A DNA stretch of 64,000 nucleotides from NCBI RefSeq assembly GCF_009914755.1, contig NC_060925.1; one strand, written 5' to 3'. The position numbers and the translations under genes were made by a program. The notes under the pieces are model-generated. The model was not told the origin of the DNA. It saw only the letters and a program-made list of their open reading frames with translations, and ran no database searches. Source of the DNA: the human T2T-CHM13v2.0 reference genome, Homo sapiens. Positions within the stretch are counted from its first letter, which is position 1, and the number at the start of each line of letters is the position of its first letter. Shown piece by piece: positions 53,328 to 64,000 of the stretch.

Positions 53328-53911
53328 CAGTTGACCTTTGAACAACGTGGGAGTTGGGGGCACCAACCCTCTGCACAGTCGAAAATTCACAATAACTCTT
53401 GACTCTCCAAAAGTTTCATTAGTAGTAACCTACTGTTGACCTAGCTGATAACATAAGCAATTCATTAAGGCTTATTTTATATGTTATGTGTATTATGTAC
53501 TGTATTCTTAATAAAGTATGCTAGAGAAAAGAAAATGTTACTAAGAAAATCATAAGAGAAAATATATTTACTATTCATCAAGTGGGAGTGGATCGTCATT
53601 AATCCACTTCATCCTCATCACTTCACATCGAGTAGGCTGAGGAGGAGGAGGAAGAGGAGGGGTTGGATTTGCCCTCTCAGGAGTGGCAGAAGCAGAAAAT
53701 CCTCATATAGGCCAGGCGTGGTGGTTCACGCCTGTAATCCAGCGCTTTGGGAGGCCAAGGTGGGAAGATAATTTGAGCTCAGGAGTTTCAGACCAGCTTG
53801 GGCAACATAGCAAGACCCCCGTCTCTATTGAAAAAAAAAAAAACTTAAATGTAAAAATCCTCATGTAAGTAGACCTGTGCAGTTCAAATGTGTGTTGTTT
53901 AAGGGTCAGCT
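53328..53911. mobile_element. Tigger2/MER28-like DNA transposon with an inserted Alu monomer (53710-53843)
   Basis: TIRs cagttgacctttgaacaac ... gttgtttaagggtcagct; Alu TSD aaaatcctcat. Confidence 0.75.
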
Positions 53912-53947
53912 ATATATACGTATAAACACACACACAAACACACACAG

Positions 53948-54282
53948 AGTCACATGATGCATAACAACGTTTTAGTCAGTATATGATGGTGGTCCCATAA
54001 GATTATAATATCGTATTTTTGCTGTATCTTTTTTGTGTTTATATGTGTAAATTTGTACCATTGTGTTACAATCACTTATAGCATTCAGTACAGTAACATG
54101 CTGTACAGGTTTGTAGCCTAGGAGCAATAGGCTAACCACTATACTATATATAGCCTAGGTATGTAGTAGGCTATACCATCTGAGTTTGTGTAAACACACT
54201 CTGTGATGTTTGTACAATGATGAAATTGCCTACCAATGCATTTCTCAGAGTGTATCTCTGTTGTTAAACAGTGCATGACTGT
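53948..54282. mobile_element. Tigger3/MER7-like DNA transposon
   Basis: TIR-like ends gtcacatgatgcataacaacgttt ... gtgcatgactgta; ggtggtcccataagattataat. Confidence 0.72.
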
Positions 54283-55227
54283 ATATGTGTATACATATAT
54301 CCCCAGCTGATTCTGATCCTTTTCTCCTTCCACTCCCAGGACCACTAAATGGGAAGTTCTTGTTTTTAAGCCCTAAAATGATATAATGGTAGTTGGCTGC
54401 AGTCTATAGAGCGCAAACTGATACAACTATATATTTATTAATGAGAAATGTGGGATTTGAGAAGGTTTTCCAGCCTTATAAGCAAGAGTATTTATTACAA
54501 GGGTTGCAACTTTACATGAGAACTCCAACAGTGAAAAGACCTTTCCTTCATATAGTCTCTCTATATATGGACATAAAAATGTTCATGTTTGTATGTTTCA
54601 CCTGCCACCCTTTTATAAACTCCTCATAAATGCTATTTGCTGCCACTTATATTCTTATGCCAAATTGTGGTCTCAGTTAACATTCTGTATTTTCTTCTAT
54701 TACCTCAACATTTCATCTTTCAGTTATTGAGTTCAGTTATTGACCAATTATGCTATATTCCAAATAAAACCAGATGTTGGAAATACAAAGAGAAAATGAA
54801 CTTTCCTACCTTCGAGATAATTTCATTTTAGTAGGGAGACAGACATGCATACAATTACAGTGTTGTGGGATACATACCATAATAGGTGTAGTTAGTGGGA
54901 AAAGAAGTGACAGGGAAAATATGAATGATTCCATTCGGGACTCTGGGAGAGCTTTCATAGAGGAGTGGTGCCTAAGCCTCTAAAGCATTTAGAATGCGCC
55001 TAACACTTTAGTGTCAGCACATATGACAAGTGTCCTGACTCTTTGTAAGCAGTTATACGTGTTAGCTTTAATTATTATCATTACTACTACTTTTGTAATC
55101 AGAAAAGTACTTTTTAAAAAATTAACAAATCAGAAGTCATTGGTAGACGTGTAAAGAGCAGTTTCAGGGGCTGGTTGGATAGAAGCTGAATGGCAGGGGC
55201 TGAATAAGAAATAAAAAATTTGTCACA

Positions 55228-55710
55228 GGCCAGGCACAATAGCTCACACCTGTAATCCCAGCACTTTGGGAGACCAAGGTGGGAGGATTGCTTGAGCCAG
55301 GAGTTTGAGACCAGCCTGGGCAACAGAGCAAGACTGTACCTCTTTATTATTATTATTATTATTATTATTATTTTATTTTGTAGAGATGGGGTCTTGCTAT
55401 GTTGCCCAGGCTGGTCTTGAATGCCCGGCTTCAAGCAATCCTGCTTGAAGTGTGGAGGATTGAGATTAGCCTCCCAAAGTGCTGGAATTACAGGCATGAG
55501 CCACCATGCCCAGCCAAGACTGTCTCTACAAAAAAAATTAAGAATTAACTGGGCTTGGTGGTATGCACTTGTAATCCTAGCTACTCGAGAGGCTGAGGCA
55601 GGAGGGAGGATTGCTTTAGGAGTTCAAGGCTGTAGTGAGCTATATAATGGTGGCACTGTACTCCAGCCTGAGCAAGAGAATAAGCTCTTGTCTCGAAAAG
55701 AAGAAAAGAA
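55228..55710. mobile_element. Sense AluJ interrupted by an antisense Alu monomer with a (TTA)n tail
   Basis: Duplicated caagactgt at both junctions. Confidence 0.85.
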
Positions 55711-56178
55711 AGTTATCACAGCCATATACTGCTCAACAGTACCTTTTATTGGAGCGCTTGTTTCTTGAATGATTTTTCCTTTTATTTGCACCCATATAGT
55801 TTTGTTTTATTTTATATAATTTGGGTTTCAAATGTTTGTTTTAATGTAATTTTTAAAGCTAAGTAGAGGCAAATGGAACAGGTTTGTCAGTGTGGCAGGT
55901 GAAACCATGTGAAGTTGATCAGATTACTCTAGGGCTTAATGTCTCATCTTTGCTGTCTTCATTAAATTTCCCAAAGAGATACTGACAATGATAGCAATCA
56001 GAAATATAATAAAATATTATGATAACTCAGTATCAATTTATTGATCCTAATTTTCTTTACATCTCTTTTTTTTACTATATGAAAATCTAACATCAGAACA
56101 CTCTGCTCCTGTTCACGTCATAGAGTAATATTTTGTCAAAGATGAAACCTTACCAATGTAGTCTTTAATCTGTCCTGA

Positions 56179-56460
<282 letters not shown>

Positions 56461-58187
56461 TAATTCTATAACTTATTTTGCTACTTTAATATATCCTTTT
56501 AGGCTGAGCTGTATTCATCACATTTATCAAATAATTACTGTATCCGTGTGTGTTAGCCTCTTGCTAGACACTAGACTAGAGGTCTAACAGTGAGCGAGTT
56601 GAGCGTAAGTGAAATATGTCGTCTGGGCATAAGTGAAATATGATACGAGACATGCTAGTGGGAGCCCAGTGTGCAGGGGCGCTAATTAATTATAGGGGCA
56701 ACTCATTTGGTGTAGAGAGTCAAGGAAGTGATTTTTTTTAATGAGGCCTAAAAGATAATTAGAGATGTTGCAGGTGAAGTGGGGAAAGAGTATTCAAGCC
56801 AAACAAATAACTTATTCCTGTGGTTTTCAAACCTCCACATTAGCATTACCCAGGGAGCTTTTCAAAATCCCCATATCATCCCCATGCCAATTAAATAAAA
56901 ATGTCAGGGAAGGGAATATCAGTAGTTTTTAAAGAAGCCCAGGTGATTCCAAAGTATAGCAAAGTTTGGGAGCCACTGGCTTATTTTAAGGACCGAAGCC
57001 TTGAAAAGACTTGTACTTTTCTCTTGGAGAAGCTATCAGTTTTCTCTGGTAGGAGATAGGTTGAGCCTATTCCATTAAGTGCATTCAAGTTTCCTCATCA
57101 ATTAGATGCTAACAACAGTGGTTCTCAACACTGGCTTCCCCTTAGAATCACCTGTAGAACTTTTGCAAAAAGTTTACTTTCACTGTACTGAAACTAGTTC
57201 AGTATGACGAGACCAAAGAGCAAAGAAGGGATGATAATAAGAAATAAGCCTAGAGAGGTAAGAGGGTCATGTTATGAAGGACTTTGTAAACCATGTTGGA
57301 TTGTATTTTATCCTAGTACAGTGCAAAGATGTTGAAAGGTTTCAAGATACAGTGTGACACAATCGGCTAATGTTTTAGAAAAACCATTCTGCTAAAACTA
57401 GACAGGAAGTCTGCTTGTGATGCTCTTGGAATAATCCCTTTGTGCAGTCATAGTTGCCTAGACTAGGGAGTGGTTGTAGAAACAGAGAAATGGACAGATT
57501 TAAGGGATTTGAGAGGTGGGGTCTACTTCATTTATGACCAGTTGGGTGTAGGAATGGAAGGAAAAGAAAGAGTCAGGGATGATAAAGCCATTCACTGAAA
57601 TAGGGAACTTAAGAGGGAACCAGTTTGGGAGGGAAACTTAAGTTCTGTTATAGCTGTGTGATTTGAAGACATCAAAATGAAGGTATTTGGTGGGCAGGAG
57701 CTCCCTGATCGCTAGCCCTCCACGTCATATCACCCAGGTGCTTGTATGGTCATAGGCCCACAGGTGGATAAATGGATGCATTGCAGGTGTTGCTAGCCTG
57801 GGGCTTGGTCCCGCCCAGATCCTCTTCATAGCTTTGGGAGTGTGGCAAGGAATGACTGGCCTCATTTTTGCTAGCAGCAGTCTCCTATTGCTCCATGCCC
57901 TCATTTTTTTCCTGGTCAGAAGAGAAAATATTCTTAAGAAACTCCTCTAAGGAATATGCTCTCTCCTTTTTTTTTTTTCTTTTGGTCCTCTATAAATGTC
58001 TTAAAGGAAAACAAGCATGTATGCAACTAGTGTGTTTTTGTAAGGAGAGTGAACTCATTCAGAATTGCAGTATTCTTGCTTGATGTTGGTTACCAAATAT
58101 TAACATTTGACGCTGCCTCTTTATTTGTGTAGATTGTGGCTCACTCTCGTCTTCCCCATAGACAGAACTGACTCCGTTCATGTTTAA

Positions 58188-64000
<5,813 letters not shown>

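Overview
Primate (very probably human, 1q42.2) genomic DNA containing three protein-coding genes. (1) The 3' part of TRIM67 on + strand: nine coding exons covering coiled-coil, COS, FN3 and SPRY/B30.2, stop at 20703, and a ~6.1 kb 3'UTR ending near AATAAA 26796. (2) The complete C1orf131/FSAF1 gene on - strand: 7 coding exons, 293 aa, tail-to-tail with TRIM67. (3) Exons 1-2 of GNPAT on + strand, head-to-head with C1orf131 across a CpG-rich bidirectional promoter with NRF1, ETS and YY1 motifs. Introns are dense with Alu, L1, L2/MIR, MaLR/ERV LTRs and MER/Tigger DNA transposons, which explain almost all ORFs in the track. Gene names and exon numbers come from my recognition of the proteins, not a database search. 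The main unexplained structures are: a ~90%-identical decayed copy of TRIM67 exon 8 starting right at the exon 7 donor; a ~700 bp triplet-phased GAG/GTG repeat with a 202-codon Glu/Val ORF; an Arg-rich uORF in frame with GNPAT and separated from it by one TAG; a solo ERV LTR with 4-bp TSDs splitting an Alu; and a ~140 bp local duplication in GNPAT intron 2. I see no evidence for a new multi-gene system.
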